64,000 bases of DNA, from assembly GCA_963719935.1 (NCBI GenBank), contig CAVRDY010000008.1, positions 74,118 to 138,117 of the forward strand, given 5' to 3'. Every line of letters begins with the position of its first letter. The first letter of the stretch is position 1. Of the stretch, positions 8,457-20,387 are shown piece after piece. The notes under the pieces were generated by a model that ran no database searches, was not told where the DNA came from, and was given only the letters and a program-made list of their open reading frames with translations. The position numbers and the translations under genes are program-made. Source of the stretch: an uncultured Actinomycetes bacterium (lineage in GTDB: Bacteria > Actinomycetota > Acidimicrobiia > Acidimicrobiales > CAVRDY01).

Positions 8457-10709
8457 GTGCTGGACCTGAGCGGCCTATGGCAGGCCCATCCGAGCGAGCC
8501 GGGCCTACTGGCTGCCTTCGTCGAGCGTGGCTTCGACGATCGCTGTTGGGAACCCATGCCGGTGCCCAGCCACTGGCGGGGGGTCCCCGGCTTCGCCGAC
8601 TGCGACGGCCCCGTGCTGGTGCGGCGCGCGTTCGCCTCGCCACCACCGGACACAGATCCTGACGCCGCGCTGGTGGCTGGTGTTCGAAGGAGCCTGCTAC
8701 TCAACCGACGTGTGGCTCGACGGCTCATATCTGGGGGACACCGAGGGCTACTTCTTCCCTCACGAGTTCGAGGTCACCGACCCGTTGCGGGCGGCCAGCG
8801 AGCACGTCCTGGCCACGGAGGTCACCTGTGCCCCTCAGGTGGACCGGACCGCCAAACGGAACCTGACCGGCGTTCTCCAGCACTGGGACTGCATCGACCC
8901 TGACTGGAACCCAGGGGGCCTGTGGCGGCCGGTCCGCCTGCAGCGCTCGGGATCCGTCCGGATCCGCCACCTGCGGGTGCTGTGCACGTCCGCCGACGTG
9001 CGGCACGCCACCGTGTTCGTCCGCACGGTTCTGGACGCTGCGACGCCCGGCGTCGCCCAACTCGTGACACGCATCGGGGGCGACGAGCACGTCGAGTGCC
9101 GCTCTCTGGCCGCCGGGGAGAACCGCGTCGAGTGGACGCTGACGGTCACAGATCCCGACCTGTGGTGGCCCCGGGCCCTGGCCTCCCAGGAGACCGCCTC
9201 CCCCACGGCCGACACCCCCGCCCTGCATGACCTGGAGCTCACGGTCCACACCGGGAACCCCGGCGAGGAGGCAGGGACCGCGCGGGGCCGGGGGCAGGTG
9301 TCGGACCGGCGCGTCCGGCGGGTGGGCCTGCGGTCGTTGCGGCTCGACGACTGGATCCTGCACGTCAACGGCGAACGTCTCTTCCTGAAGGGAACCAACC
9401 TGGGACCGACGCGGGCCGCACTCGGTGATGCCACCCCCGAAGAGGTGCGCGCCGACATCGCCCTGGCCGCCGAGGCGGGACTGGACATGGTCCGGGTACA
9501 CGCCCACGTGGGCCGCCCCGAGCTCTACGACGCGCGGCTGACGAAGCGGGCATGCTGGTCTGGCAGGACTTCCCCATGCAGTGGGGATACGCCCGGACCG
9601 TCCGCCGCCAGGCCCGCCGCCAGGCCCGCGAGCTGGTGGACCTGCTCGGTCACCATCCCTCGGTGGCGCTGTGGTGCGGCCACAACGAACCGCTCGCCCT
9701 CGACATCGCACCGGGGGTCCTGGCCGACCCCCGCCGCCGCAGGCGCCTGGTCCTCAAGGCGGCAGCGGGCGTGCTGCTCCCGACCTGGAACAAGACGGTG
9801 CTCGACCACTCGGTGCGACGGGTGCTGTCACGCAGCGACCCCTCACGACCCGCGGTGGCGTCCTCGGGTCTCCCACCCCACCCACCCACCTTCGAGGGTG
9901 GTGACAGCCACCTCTACCTGGGGTGGTACTCCGGCGACGAGCGCAGCCTGCCCGAGGTGGCGCGCTGGTGGCCCAAGCTGGCCCGCTTCGTGTCGGAGTT
10001 CGGAGCCCAGGCCGTACCCCCCTCATCTGAGTTCATGGAACCAGAACGGTGGCCGGACCTGGACTGGGAGCGGCTGGAGCAGCACCACGCACTCCAACTC
10101 GACCGCTTCGAAACCCACGTCCCGCTGGGGGACCACGCCACCTTCGAGAGCTGGCGGGCGGCCACCCAGGCCTACCAGGCCGAGGTCATCCGCCACCATG
10201 TCGAGACGCTGCGCCGACTGAAGTACCGGCCCACCGGCGGTTTCCTGCAGTTCCTCCTGGCCGACTCCCAGCCTGCAGTCTCCTGGTCATTGCTCGACCA
10301 CCGGCGCCGACCCAAAGCCGCGTACGGGGCCCTGGCCGAGGCCTGCGCCCCTGTGATCGTGGTGGCCGACCGCCTACCCTCCCGGATCCGACCAGGTGAG
10401 AACGTGGACCTGGAGGTGCACGTGGTCTCTGACCTGCGGGTGGCGATCCCCGAGGCCCGGGTGGAGGCCAGGTTGTCTTGGCCGGGGGGGATGACCCAGC
10501 AGAGGTGGGAGGGCGCCGTGCCGGCCGACACCTGCGTGCGGGTGGGCACCGTGCACGCGTCGGTGCCAGGGCACGCCGGAGAGGCGAGCACCGATGACGG
10601 CGCCGGCGTCGGCGGCGGAGTCGGCGAGGTCACCCTCGAGCTGACCTATTCCGACCCCGACCGTCACCTGAACAACTCCCAGCGCGCCCTCCTGGCCGGA
10701 CCACGGTGA
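8457..10709 (+). CDS. Glycoside hydrolase family 2 (beta-mannosidase-like), frameshifts near 8660 and 9535
   Basis: LDLSGLW, GGLWRPV, NGERLFLKGTN, GMLVWQDFP, HPSVALWCGHNE and FVSEFGAQ. Confidence 0.8.
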
Positions 10710-10826
10710 TCACTCGTACCGATGACCCATTCAGATCGGCGATGACACCCGCGACTGGTTTCGCCTCCGCCCGTTGCGCTGGGTAGCGTTCGACCGCACT
10801 TCCGGTTCGGCATGGGAGGCCTACGC

Positions 10827-11848
10827 ATGAGCCAACTGAACCTCTCGGCACCCCCCGGCCACCGGGTCCCCAAGACCTTCCCCCGGCGACCGGGACGGCG
10901 TTCGGTGATGGCCGACCTCTCGTCCTCCGCCATCGGGCTGAAGTGGCTCATGGCCATCTCGGGCCTGGCCATGATGGGCTTCGTCCTGGCCCACATGATC
11001 GGGAACCTGCACCTCTACGAGGGACCCGAAGAGGTCAACAGCTACGCGGAGGCGCTTCGCAACCTCGGCGGCGACCTCGCCCCAGAGGGCTTCGTGCTCT
11101 GGCTGATGCGGGCCGGCCTGCTCGTGGCGGTGCTGGTCCACGCGGGGGCGGCCTACCGCCTCACCGTCGTCAACCACCGGGCCCGCCCAGTGCGCTACCA
11201 GTCCAAGCGCGACTACATAGCCGCCGACTACGCCAGCCGGGCCATGCGACTGACGGGCATCTGGGTGGCCGCCTTCATCGTCTACCACCTGGCTGATCTC
11301 ACCGGGGGCCGATCACCCTCGGCCGACAACTTCATCCACGGCGACGTCTACAACAACGTCGTGGAGAGCCTGTCCAACCCGGTGGTGGCCGCCTTCTACA
11401 TCCTCTCGGTGGCGGCCCTGTCGTTGCATCTGTACCACGGTGCCTGGAGCCTCTTCCAGACAATGGGGGCCAGCTCACCCAGCACCGACCACCTGCGTCG
11501 TGGCGTGGCATCCGGCTTCGCCCTGGTCCTGCTCGTCGGCAACCTGAGCTTCCCGGTGATGGTCCAGCTCGGGGTGATCGACCAGGATGAGCGGTGCTGG
11601 CCCACCCCCGAACAGCTCGACTTCGCAGACGAGGTGCTGGGCCTGAGCCACGACGACATCGCCCGCGACCAGGAGGCAGGGGCCTGTCCGGCCCGAGACC
11701 TGGCCGATACCGCCCGTCTCACCCTCGAACCTGCAGGATCCGACGATCCCCTGGGCGGTGACCCCCTGGGTGGCGATCCCCCGGGCGGTAACCCCGTATC
11801 CGGCGACCCGGCGGGAACGGAGCCGACGGACGACGCGGAGGTGACCGA

Positions 11849-11852
<4 letters not shown>
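10827..11852 (+). CDS. sdhC: Succinate dehydrogenase/fumarate reductase cytochrome b558 subunit with C-terminal extension
   Basis: [19 protein letters not shown] and HLYHG heme histidines; GGGAGG RBS at 10814. Confidence 0.9.
11745..11819 (+). repeat. Degenerate 15-bp tandem repeat (DPLGG-type x5) in the sdhC tail
   Basis: GATCCCCTGGGCGGT GACCCCCTGGGTGGC GATCCCCCGGGCGGT... Confidence 0.6.
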
Positions 11853-13814
<1,962 letters not shown>

Positions 13815-13822
13815 GGCCCGCC

Positions 13823-14590
13823 ATGCGCATCACCCTCGACGTCTGGCGCCAGTCCGGCCCTGACACCCCAGGCGCCTTCCAGCGCTACGAGCTGCCCGAG
13901 GTGAGCGAGGACATGTCCTTCCTCGAGATGCTCGACGTCTTGAACGAGCGCCTCGTGGGCGACGGCGAGGAGCCCGTCGCCTTCGACCACGACTGCCGTG
14001 AAGGCATCTGCGGGATGTGCGGGATCATGATCAACGGGCAGGCCCACGGCCCCCAGGCGGCCACGACCACCTGCCAGTTGCACATGCGCCAGTATTCCGA
14101 CGGCGACCACATCGTCGTCGAGCCGTGGCGGGCCGGCGCCTTCCCCGTCATCCAGGACCTGGTCGTCGACCGCAGCCCCCTCGACCACATCGTCGAGGCC
14201 GGCGGCTACATCTCGGTGAACACCGGGGCCGCCCCCGACGCCAACGAGATCCCCGTCCCCAAAGAGGCGGCCGACGCCGCCTTCGATGCTGCGGCCTGCA
14301 TCGGCTGCGGTGCCTGCGTGGCCGCCTGCCCCAACTCGGCGGCCCAACTGTTCGCGTCAGCCAAGCTGGCCCACCTCAACCTGCTGCCCCAAGGCCAGGC
14401 CGAGCGCTGGCAACGCACCGAGGCCATGGTCGAGACCATGGAAGAGTACTTCGGGTCCTGCACCAACCACGGTGAGTGTCACGAGGCGTGCCCCAAGGAG
14501 ATCCCCCTCGACTACATCGCCTACATGAACCGCGACTACCTGAAGGCGAAGTTCAAGAACCGCAAGTTGGCTGGGCAACGCTTCCCGTGA
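13823..14590 (+). CDS. sdhB: Succinate dehydrogenase/fumarate reductase iron-sulfur subunit
   Basis: [21 protein letters not shown] and [12 protein letters not shown]. Confidence 0.95.
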   Translation: MRITLDVWRQSGPDTPGAFQRYELPEVSEDMSFLEMLDVLNERLVGDGEEPVAFDHDCREGICGMCGIMINGQAHGPQAATTTCQLHMRQYSDGDHIVVEPWRAGAFPVIQDLVVDRSPLDHIVEAGGYISVNTGAAPDANEIPVPKEAADAAFDAAACIGCGACVAACPNSAAQLFASAKLAHLNLLPQGQAERWQRTEAMVETMEEYFGSCTNHGECHEACPKEIPLDYIAYMNRDYLKAKFKNRKLAGQRFP

Positions 14591-15528
14591 GCCGGCCCCT
14601 GGGCGAGGTCCCTTTCACCGCCGTGCGCGGTTTCTGCATGGGCGCCGCGGACGTCGTTCCCGGCGTGTCCGGGGGAACCGTGGCTCTGGTGTTCGGCATC
14701 TACCACCGCCTGGTGACCGCCATCCAGGCGGGTTCGGTCGCCCTGGGCCGGTTCGTCAAGCTCGACATCGCCGGGGGGAGCGCCAAGCTGCGCGAGGTGG
14801 AATGGACGTTCCTCGTGCCGTTGCTGGCCGGCATCGGGGTGGCGGTGGCAAGCCTGGCCCACCTGATCGAGACACTGCTGGAAGAGCGGCCTGTGGAGAT
14901 GGCCGGACTTTTCCTAGGCCTGGTGGTGGGATCGGTGCTGGTCGCCTGGGAGCTGCTCACAGTGCGCGACGCCTTGCGCCTGGGCGTGGGCGCCGTCGCA
15001 GCCGCCGCGGTCTTCGTGGCTCTGGGTCTCAGGGAAGGCACCTCCGAGGAGGCCGTTTCCCAGGCAGCCGACCCTGCCCTCTGGGCCTTCGTCGGAGCGG
15101 GGGCACTGGCCATCTGCGCCATGATCCTCCCCGGGATCAGCGGTTCGTTCATCCTGGTCATGCTGGGCATGTACGGCCCGGTGTTGGGTGCGGTCACCGA
15201 CCGTGACCTCCCCACCGTCGCCGTCTTCGGTGTGGGCTGTGTGGTGGGGCTGGCACTGTTCTCGCAGCTTCTGCACTGGGCGCTGAACGAGCACTACGAC
15301 ACCGTCATGGCAGCCCTCATCGGCCTCATGCTCGGATCCACGCGGGTGCTGTGGCCCTGGCCCGCCGGAGTCGACAGCACGGCCCTGGAGGCGCCGTCGG
15401 ACCCGGTGCTGATCCCGGTGCTCCTGGCGCTGGGAGGCGTCGCCGCGGTGGCCGGCGTAAACGAGATCGCCAAGCGCATGGAGGGCCGCACCACCACCGA
15501 CGAGGTCGACGAGCTCCGGGCCACCTGA
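14587..15528 (+). CDS. DUF368 membrane protein (undecaprenyl-phosphate translocase family)
   Basis: [17 protein letters not shown] and [11 protein letters not shown] repeats. Confidence 0.9.
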   Translation: MSRPLGEVPFTAVRGFCMGAADVVPGVSGGTVALVFGIYHRLVTAIQAGSVALGRFVKLDIAGGSAKLREVEWTFLVPLLAGIGVAVASLAHLIETLLEERPVEMAGLFLGLVVGSVLVAWELLTVRDALRLGVGAVAAAAVFVALGLREGTSEEAVSQAADPALWAFVGAGALAICAMILPGISGSFILVMLGMYGPVLGAVTDRDLPTVAVFGVGCVVGLALFSQLLHWALNEHYDTVMAALIGLMLGSTRVLWPWPAGVDSTALEAPSDPVLIPVLLALGGVAAVAGVNEIAKRMEGRTTTDEVDELRAT

Positions 15529-15543
15529 GGGGCGTCGGCCCGC

Positions 15544-16956
15544 TCAGGCCGACGGGTACGTAACCACGGCGTCGACTCCCCCTCCCGAGGCACCCTCGAG
15601 CGTCGCTCGCCCCCCGTCACGTCGGGCCAGCGCCGCCACGATGGCCAGACCCAGGCCCGTTCCTCCCAAGCGTCCGCCCGTCGACGCCCGCCAGAAGCGG
15701 TCGAAGGCCCGCTGCCGTTCCTGCTCGCTGAGTCCCGGGCCCTCATCGATCACGTGCACGCGAGCACAGGACCCCATTGCGGGATCGTCCTCTGGCCCCA
15801 CCAGCAGCCGGATCGTGGCCCCCCGGGGCGAGGCATCCACCGCGTTGGCCAACAGGTTGTCCAGCACCTGTGCCAGCCGATCGGCGTCCACCACGGCCCG
15901 CACCGGCACCTGGGCGCCACCGCCCTGGCCGGCTCCGCCCATCACCAGATGCACTCCGTGCTCCTCCGCCAGCGGCAACCAGGCCTCCCGGCGCTCCGCC
16001 AGCACCGCGGCCAGGTCGATGGGCGTGCCCGCGGCCGGGCCGGGCAAGCGGTCGGCCCGCGCCAGGGTCAAGAGCCCGTCCACCAGGCGTGACAGCCTGG
16101 CCACCTCACGCTCAGCCGCCTGCACGTCGGCCCGGTCACCGTCGGCGACGGTCGCCTCCAGGTTCTCCAACCGCAGCCGGAGGCCGGTGAGGGGGGTCCG
16201 CAGCTGGTGTGAGGCGTCCGCCACGAAGGCCTCTTGCGCGAGCACCAGCTCTTCCAGTCGGGAGGCCATGTCGTTGAAGGCGGCCGAGAGGTGGCGGACC
16301 TCGGGCGGACCCTCACCGACAGGGGCCCGGGCGGTGAGGTCCCCCTGCCCCAGCTCCGTCGCGGCCCCCTCCAGGCGGCGCAGCGGGCCGGTCACCGAAC
16401 GGGCCAGAAACCAGCCCACCCCCGCCGAGGCCACCAGTGACACGCCGGCGATGGCGCCCAGCCGAACCCAGTTGGCCCTGATGCGCTCGTCGACCTCGGT
16501 GCGGGGATGGGTGATGCGTAGCGCGCCGTGGACCACTCCCCCCGATGCCACCGGCACCGCCACGTAGACCAGGGGCGACCCCAACGTCTCGGAGGGCCTG
16601 GTCCCGGTGGCCACCTCACCTGCCAGCGCGGCCTGGATCTCGGGTCGGGTGCGGAAGTAGCGCTCACCCGGGAGCGGCGGCGAGGAATCCGCCCGCGCCA
16701 GCCCGGTGTGGTCGACAATGACCAGCCGGCCGCCCGTGCGGTCCTCGTAGCCGTCCGCTACGGCCTGGAGGTCCAGTCCCGCGGAGCGCTCCAGCTCGTC
16801 CTCCACGAAGGCCGCCAGGGCGAAGGCGTCCCGCTCGAGGCCAGCGGTGAGATCCTCGACCTGGCGGTCGGCGAAGGTGATCCCCAAGGGTATGACCAGG
16901 ACTGCCAGCACCAGCACGGTCAGGGCCAGCGAGCTGGCCACCAGACGGCGGATCAC
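15544..16956 (-). CDS. HAMP-domain sensor histidine kinase
   Basis: Two TM segments, H-box FVADASHQLRTPL, N-box DNLLANA and G-box GTGLGLAI. Confidence 0.95.
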   Translation of the reverse strand: MIRRLVASSLALTVLVLAVLVIPLGITFADRQVEDLTAGLERDAFALAAFVEDELERSAGLDLQAVADGYEDRTGGRLVIVDHTGLARADSSPPLPGERYFRTRPEIQAALAGEVATGTRPSETLGSPLVYVAVPVASGGVVHGALRITHPRTEVDERIRANWVRLGAIAGVSLVASAGVGWFLARSVTGPLRRLEGAATELGQGDLTARAPVGEGPPEVRHLSAAFNDMASRLEELVLAQEAFVADASHQLRTPLTGLRLRLENLEATVADGDRADVQAAEREVARLSRLVDGLLTLARADRLPGPAAGTPIDLAAVLAERREAWLPLAEEHGVHLVMGGAGQGGGAQVPVRAVVDADRLAQVLDNLLANAVDASPRGATIRLLVGPEDDPAMGSCARVHVIDEGPGLSEQERQRAFDRFWRASTGGRLGGTGLGLAIVAALARRDGGRATLEGASGGGVDAVVTYPSA

Positions 16957-17627
16957 GGTCCACCCGGCCCCGCCGTCACAAGGCGGAACCCCACCCCCCG
17001 CACCGTCTCGATCCAGGCCGGTTCTCCCAGCTTCTTGCGCAGGGAAGCCACGTGGACGTCGAGGGTCTTGGTGGGCCCGTACCAGTGGGCGTCCCAGACG
17101 CGCTCCAGGATCGTCTCCCGGGTGAAGGTGGCACCTGGGTCGCTGGCCAACAGGGCCAGCACGTCGAACTCCTTGGGGGTGAGGGCCACCTCGGTGCCCC
17201 GCACGGCCACACGGTGGGCCCGTAGGTCGACCTCCAGGTCCCCGAGCCGCACCACGGGCTCGGGGAGTGCCCCCCGATCAGTGGTCCGGCGAGCCACGGC
17301 TCGGATGCGGGCCACCAGCTCCCGCAAGCCGAAGGGCTTGACGACGTAGTCGTCGGCTCCGAGCTCCAGGCCCAGCACACGGTCGAGCTCTTCTCCCCGT
17401 GCCGTGACCACGATGATCGGCACCCGGGAGCGGGCGCGCAGACGCCGGCACACCTCGGTACCGTCCAGGTCGGGCAGGCCCAGATCGAGGAGCACGAGAT
17501 CGGGTTCGGGTGCGGACAGGGCGGCCTCGCCGGTGGCCACACGCGTGCAGTCCATGCCCTCGCGACGCAGACCTGCCTCCAGCGGCTCGGCGATGGCGTC
17601 ATCGTCCTCCACGATCAGGATCCGCAT
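16953..17627 (-). CDS. OmpR-family response regulator
   Basis: MRILIVEDD, LLDLGLP, GADDYVVKPF and DVHVASLRKKLG...ETVRGVGF. Confidence 0.95.
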   Translation of the reverse strand: MRILIVEDDDAIAEPLEAGLRREGMDCTRVATGEAALSAPEPDLVLLDLGLPDLDGTEVCRRLRARSRVPIIVVTARGEELDRVLGLELGADDYVVKPFGLRELVARIRAVARRTTDRGALPEPVVRLGDLEVDLRAHRVAVRGTEVALTPKEFDVLALLASDPGATFTRETILERVWDAHWYGPTKTLDVHVASLRKKLGEPAWIETVRGVGFRLVTAGPGGP

Positions 17628-17819
17628 GACACCACGCTGGCACGCACCGACGAGCGCCGCGCTGCCCTTGGCCAATTCTTTGCCATCCAGGGGGCGATCT
17701 TGAAGGCCCGCGTCCGTACCGTGACCAACAGGGAAGGTGCACCGGAGCCCAGCTCCGGGACGCCGAGGGCCTGATCGTGCGGAACCTCCGCCCGAGACCC
17801 ACTGGGAAGGACGAGCACC

Positions 17820-18335
17820 ATGGAACGACGCAAGGCACTGACGATCGCCGGGGTGGTGACCGCCACCCTGGCCACCGCTTCGATCGCCATGGCAGCCAAC
17901 CTGGGCCTGCTCGGTCTGGCCGGCGCCGACGACGAGGGGCCCGGTCAGCTGGATGCCGGCAACGTGGCTGACCTCGTGGACGCCGTTCCGCTGCCCTCGC
18001 CAGCTGAGGCGGTGGGCACCGGGGCCGAGCAGGACACGGAAGTGGTCGTGGTCGACGAATACGTCACCGAGCCCGCCTCCCCCGGACCTGTCGCGAATCC
18101 TGTGCCGGCGGACACCTTCACCGATCCCGCGCCCGAAGCGGCAGGTAGAGCGACACCCGAGGGCGGGATGGAGGACCACGAGCCCTGGTACGACGACGAA
18201 CACGAAGACGACGAACACGAAGACGACGAAGACGACGAACACGAAGACGACGAACACGAAGACGACGAGCACGAAGAGCACGAGGGCGATGACGACGAGC
18301 ACGAAGAGCACGAGGGCGATGACGACGACGACTGA
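17820..18335 (+). CDS. Exported or membrane-anchored protein with His/Glu/Asp-repeat tail
   Basis: N-terminal basic plus hydrophobic segment; C-terminal (DDEHE)n. Confidence 0.7.
   Translation: MERRKALTIAGVVTATLATASIAMAANLGLLGLAGADDEGPGQLDAGNVADLVDAVPLPSPAEAVGTGAEQDTEVVVVDEYVTEPASPGPVANPVPADTFTDPAPEAAGRATPEGGMEDHEPWYDDEHEDDEHEDDEDDEHEDDEHEDDEHEEHEGDDDEHEEHEGDDDDD
18192..18332 (+). repeat. GACGACGAACACGAA-type tandem repeats
   Basis: 15-bp and 30-bp units encoding DDEHE / EHEEHEGDDD. Confidence 0.85.
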
Positions 18336-18768
18336 GACCCGGGGGTCCCGGCGGAACCGACGGCCACGGCGCCACCCGGCGGCCAACGCCCGCCTCGTGG
18401 CCACCGGGGTGACGACCTCGGCGACCTTCGCAATCATGGGTGGCATCGCACTTGCCCAGGGTGGGTCCCAGGCGTCCCCGGGGGAAGCTCCGGGACAGGC
18501 CACGCCCACCGCCAGCGAGACGACTACCGTGGTTCCCCCCGAGGCGGCGGCCGTCGACAGGTCCCCACAGGTGATCGTGGTCCGCCGCATCCACGTGGTC
18601 CCCGGCGAGACGACGGACCCCGGAAGGTTGCGAGCCACGGTCTCGCCAGAGGGGCTCCAGTCAACCGCAGCGCCCGCTCCCGCGCCCACTCCGACCCGGA
18701 CCGTGGCGCCCCCCGAGCGCCACGCGCCTGCACCGTCCCACGCCACGAGCAGCGGCAGCCCCGGATGA
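18319..18768 (+). CDS. Small single-TM Pro/Thr-rich protein ending ATSSGSPG (candidate ApbE substrate)
   Basis: ATG at 18319; basic N-terminus, TM helix, low-complexity linker; ATGA overlap with apbE. Confidence 0.65.
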   Translation: MTTTTETRGSRRNRRPRRHPAANARLVATGVTTSATFAIMGGIALAQGGSQASPGEAPGQATPTASETTTVVPPEAAAVDRSPQVIVVRRIHVVPGETTDPGRLRATVSPEGLQSTAAPAPAPTPTRTVAPPERHAPAPSHATSSGSPG

Positions 18769-19730
18769 TCGAGCAGTTCGGGTGGGCCCTCGGCACGATG
18801 TTCCAGGTGCGCGTCTACGGGCAAGAGAACTCGGGGCGCCGCGGGGTGGAGATCGCGGCGTCCCGCCTCGAGCAGCTCGAGGACCTCTGGAGCCGGTTCC
18901 GGCCCACCAGCGATGTGTGCCAACTGAACCGCTCGGCCGGATCGTTGCGGTCGGTGGCGGCCGAGACCGTCCAGCTGCTCGATATGGCCGTTGCGGGGTG
19001 GCTGCGGACGGGGGGGCTCTTCGATCCGACTGTTCACGAGGCCGTGGTCGCGGCGGGCTACGACCGCACCTGGGCCCACGTCCGCTCGGATTCCGCACCT
19101 CACCCCGCCGACACCAGAGGAGCCATCCCCGCACCCGGGTGTCAGGGGATCCACCTCGACCCGACGTCCCGGCAGGTCTCGCTTCCCTCTGGTACCCGTA
19201 TCGACCTGGGGGGGATCGGAAAGGGCCGGGCCGCCGACGTGCTCACCGAAGAGCTCGGCTCCCTGGGAACGGGGCTCCTGGTCAACCTGGGAGGCGACCT
19301 GCGGGTCAGCGGAAGACCCGGGGGTGGCGAGGCCTGGCGCATCGCGGTAGCCGATCCCACCCGACCCGAACGCATCCTGGTGCACCTGGCCCTCGACGAG
19401 GGTGCCGTCGCCACCAGCAGCACCACGGCCAGAGCCTGGCCGACACCCCAGGGCCCCCACCATCACCTGATCGACCCACGCTCCGGGCGACCGTCCCGCA
19501 GTGGCCTGCGCGCAGTCACGGTGGTGGCCGCGGAAGCGGCCTGGGCCGAGATCTATGCCAAGGCGGCCCTGGTGGCCGGACCTTCACAGGGCCTGGACCT
19601 GCTCCAGGGCGCGAACCTGGCGGGACTGTTGATGACCGAAGGCGGTCGGCTGCTGGCCACCGAGTCGTTGCTCTCCTACCTGGATCCTGCCGATCGTGTC
19701 CGCTGCGAGATCCAGGCGGTGGCGGCGTGA
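18765..19730 (+). CDS. apbE: FAD:protein FMN transferase
   Basis: ALGT, WSRFRPTSD, TGGLFDPTV, IDLGGIGKG, VNLGGDL, VATSS and HHLIDPRSG. Confidence 0.95.
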   Translation: MIEQFGWALGTMFQVRVYGQENSGRRGVEIAASRLEQLEDLWSRFRPTSDVCQLNRSAGSLRSVAAETVQLLDMAVAGWLRTGGLFDPTVHEAVVAAGYDRTWAHVRSDSAPHPADTRGAIPAPGCQGIHLDPTSRQVSLPSGTRIDLGGIGKGRAADVLTEELGSLGTGLLVNLGGDLRVSGRPGGGEAWRIAVADPTRPERILVHLALDEGAVATSSTTARAWPTPQGPHHHLIDPRSGRPSRSGLRAVTVVAAEAAWAEIYAKAALVAGPSQGLDLLQGANLAGLLMTEGGRLLATESLLSYLDPADRVRCEIQAVAA

Positions 19731-20359
19731 ACCCGCAGGTGTGGTGGCACCTGGCACGCGCAACCGGACTGGTGGCCTGGGCGCTGGCCACCGCAACTGT
19801 GCTGTGGGGCCTGTTCCTGCACTCCCGCGCCCTGGGCACCAAGCCCGCCGGGCCCTGGCTCCTCGACCTGCACCGGCATCTGGCCACCCTGACCCTGGCC
19901 ACCACCGCGCTGCACCTGGTGGGCCTGGTCGCCGACAACGCGGTCAGCTTCGACCTGGTCGACCTCACCATCCCCATGGCCTCGAGCTGGCGGCCCGGTG
20001 CAGTGGCCCTGGGTGTGGTGGCCGGCTGGATCCTGGTGGCCGTACAGGTGACCTCGATGGCCATGCACCGCATCCCCCGCCGGGTCTGGCGCGGGATCCA
20101 CCTGTCGTCCTACGCCGCCTTCGCCCTCGCCACGGCACACGGGGTGGCGGCCGGAACCGACATGGGGAATCCCTTGGCGCAGTGGGGGCTGCTGGCGGGG
20201 ATCCTGGCGCTCGCCTTCTTCGCCGCCTACCGCCAGCTCGCCCCGCGCCGAGCCACGCGTGCAGCCAGGACAGGGTCCGCCCGGCGAGCCTTGATCGACG
20301 CCCCACCTGCCCGAATCGACGCCCCACCTGCCCGAGCGGGAGCCGCCGCCACGAGGTAA
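19727..20359 (+). CDS. Ferric reductase-like (MsrQ-like) heme b membrane protein
   Basis: WHLARATG, LHRHL, LHL, WRGIHLSSY and HGVAAGTD; 21-bp duplication at 20294-20335. Confidence 0.85.
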   Translation: MNPQVWWHLARATGLVAWALATATVLWGLFLHSRALGTKPAGPWLLDLHRHLATLTLATTALHLVGLVADNAVSFDLVDLTIPMASSWRPGAVALGVVAGWILVAVQVTSMAMHRIPRRVWRGIHLSSYAAFALATAHGVAAGTDMGNPLAQWGLLAGILALAFFAAYRQLAPRRATRAARTGSARRALIDAPPARIDAPPARAGAAATR

Positions 20360-20387
20360 CGGCACAAAGCACCGGTAGCCTGCGCTC

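Noticed and set aside
16953..19466. 837-aa minus-strand ORF with a Val/Phe-rich stretch
   Set aside because: Only the last 224 aa (response regulator) are real; the rest is antisense to the DDEHE repeat and apbE.
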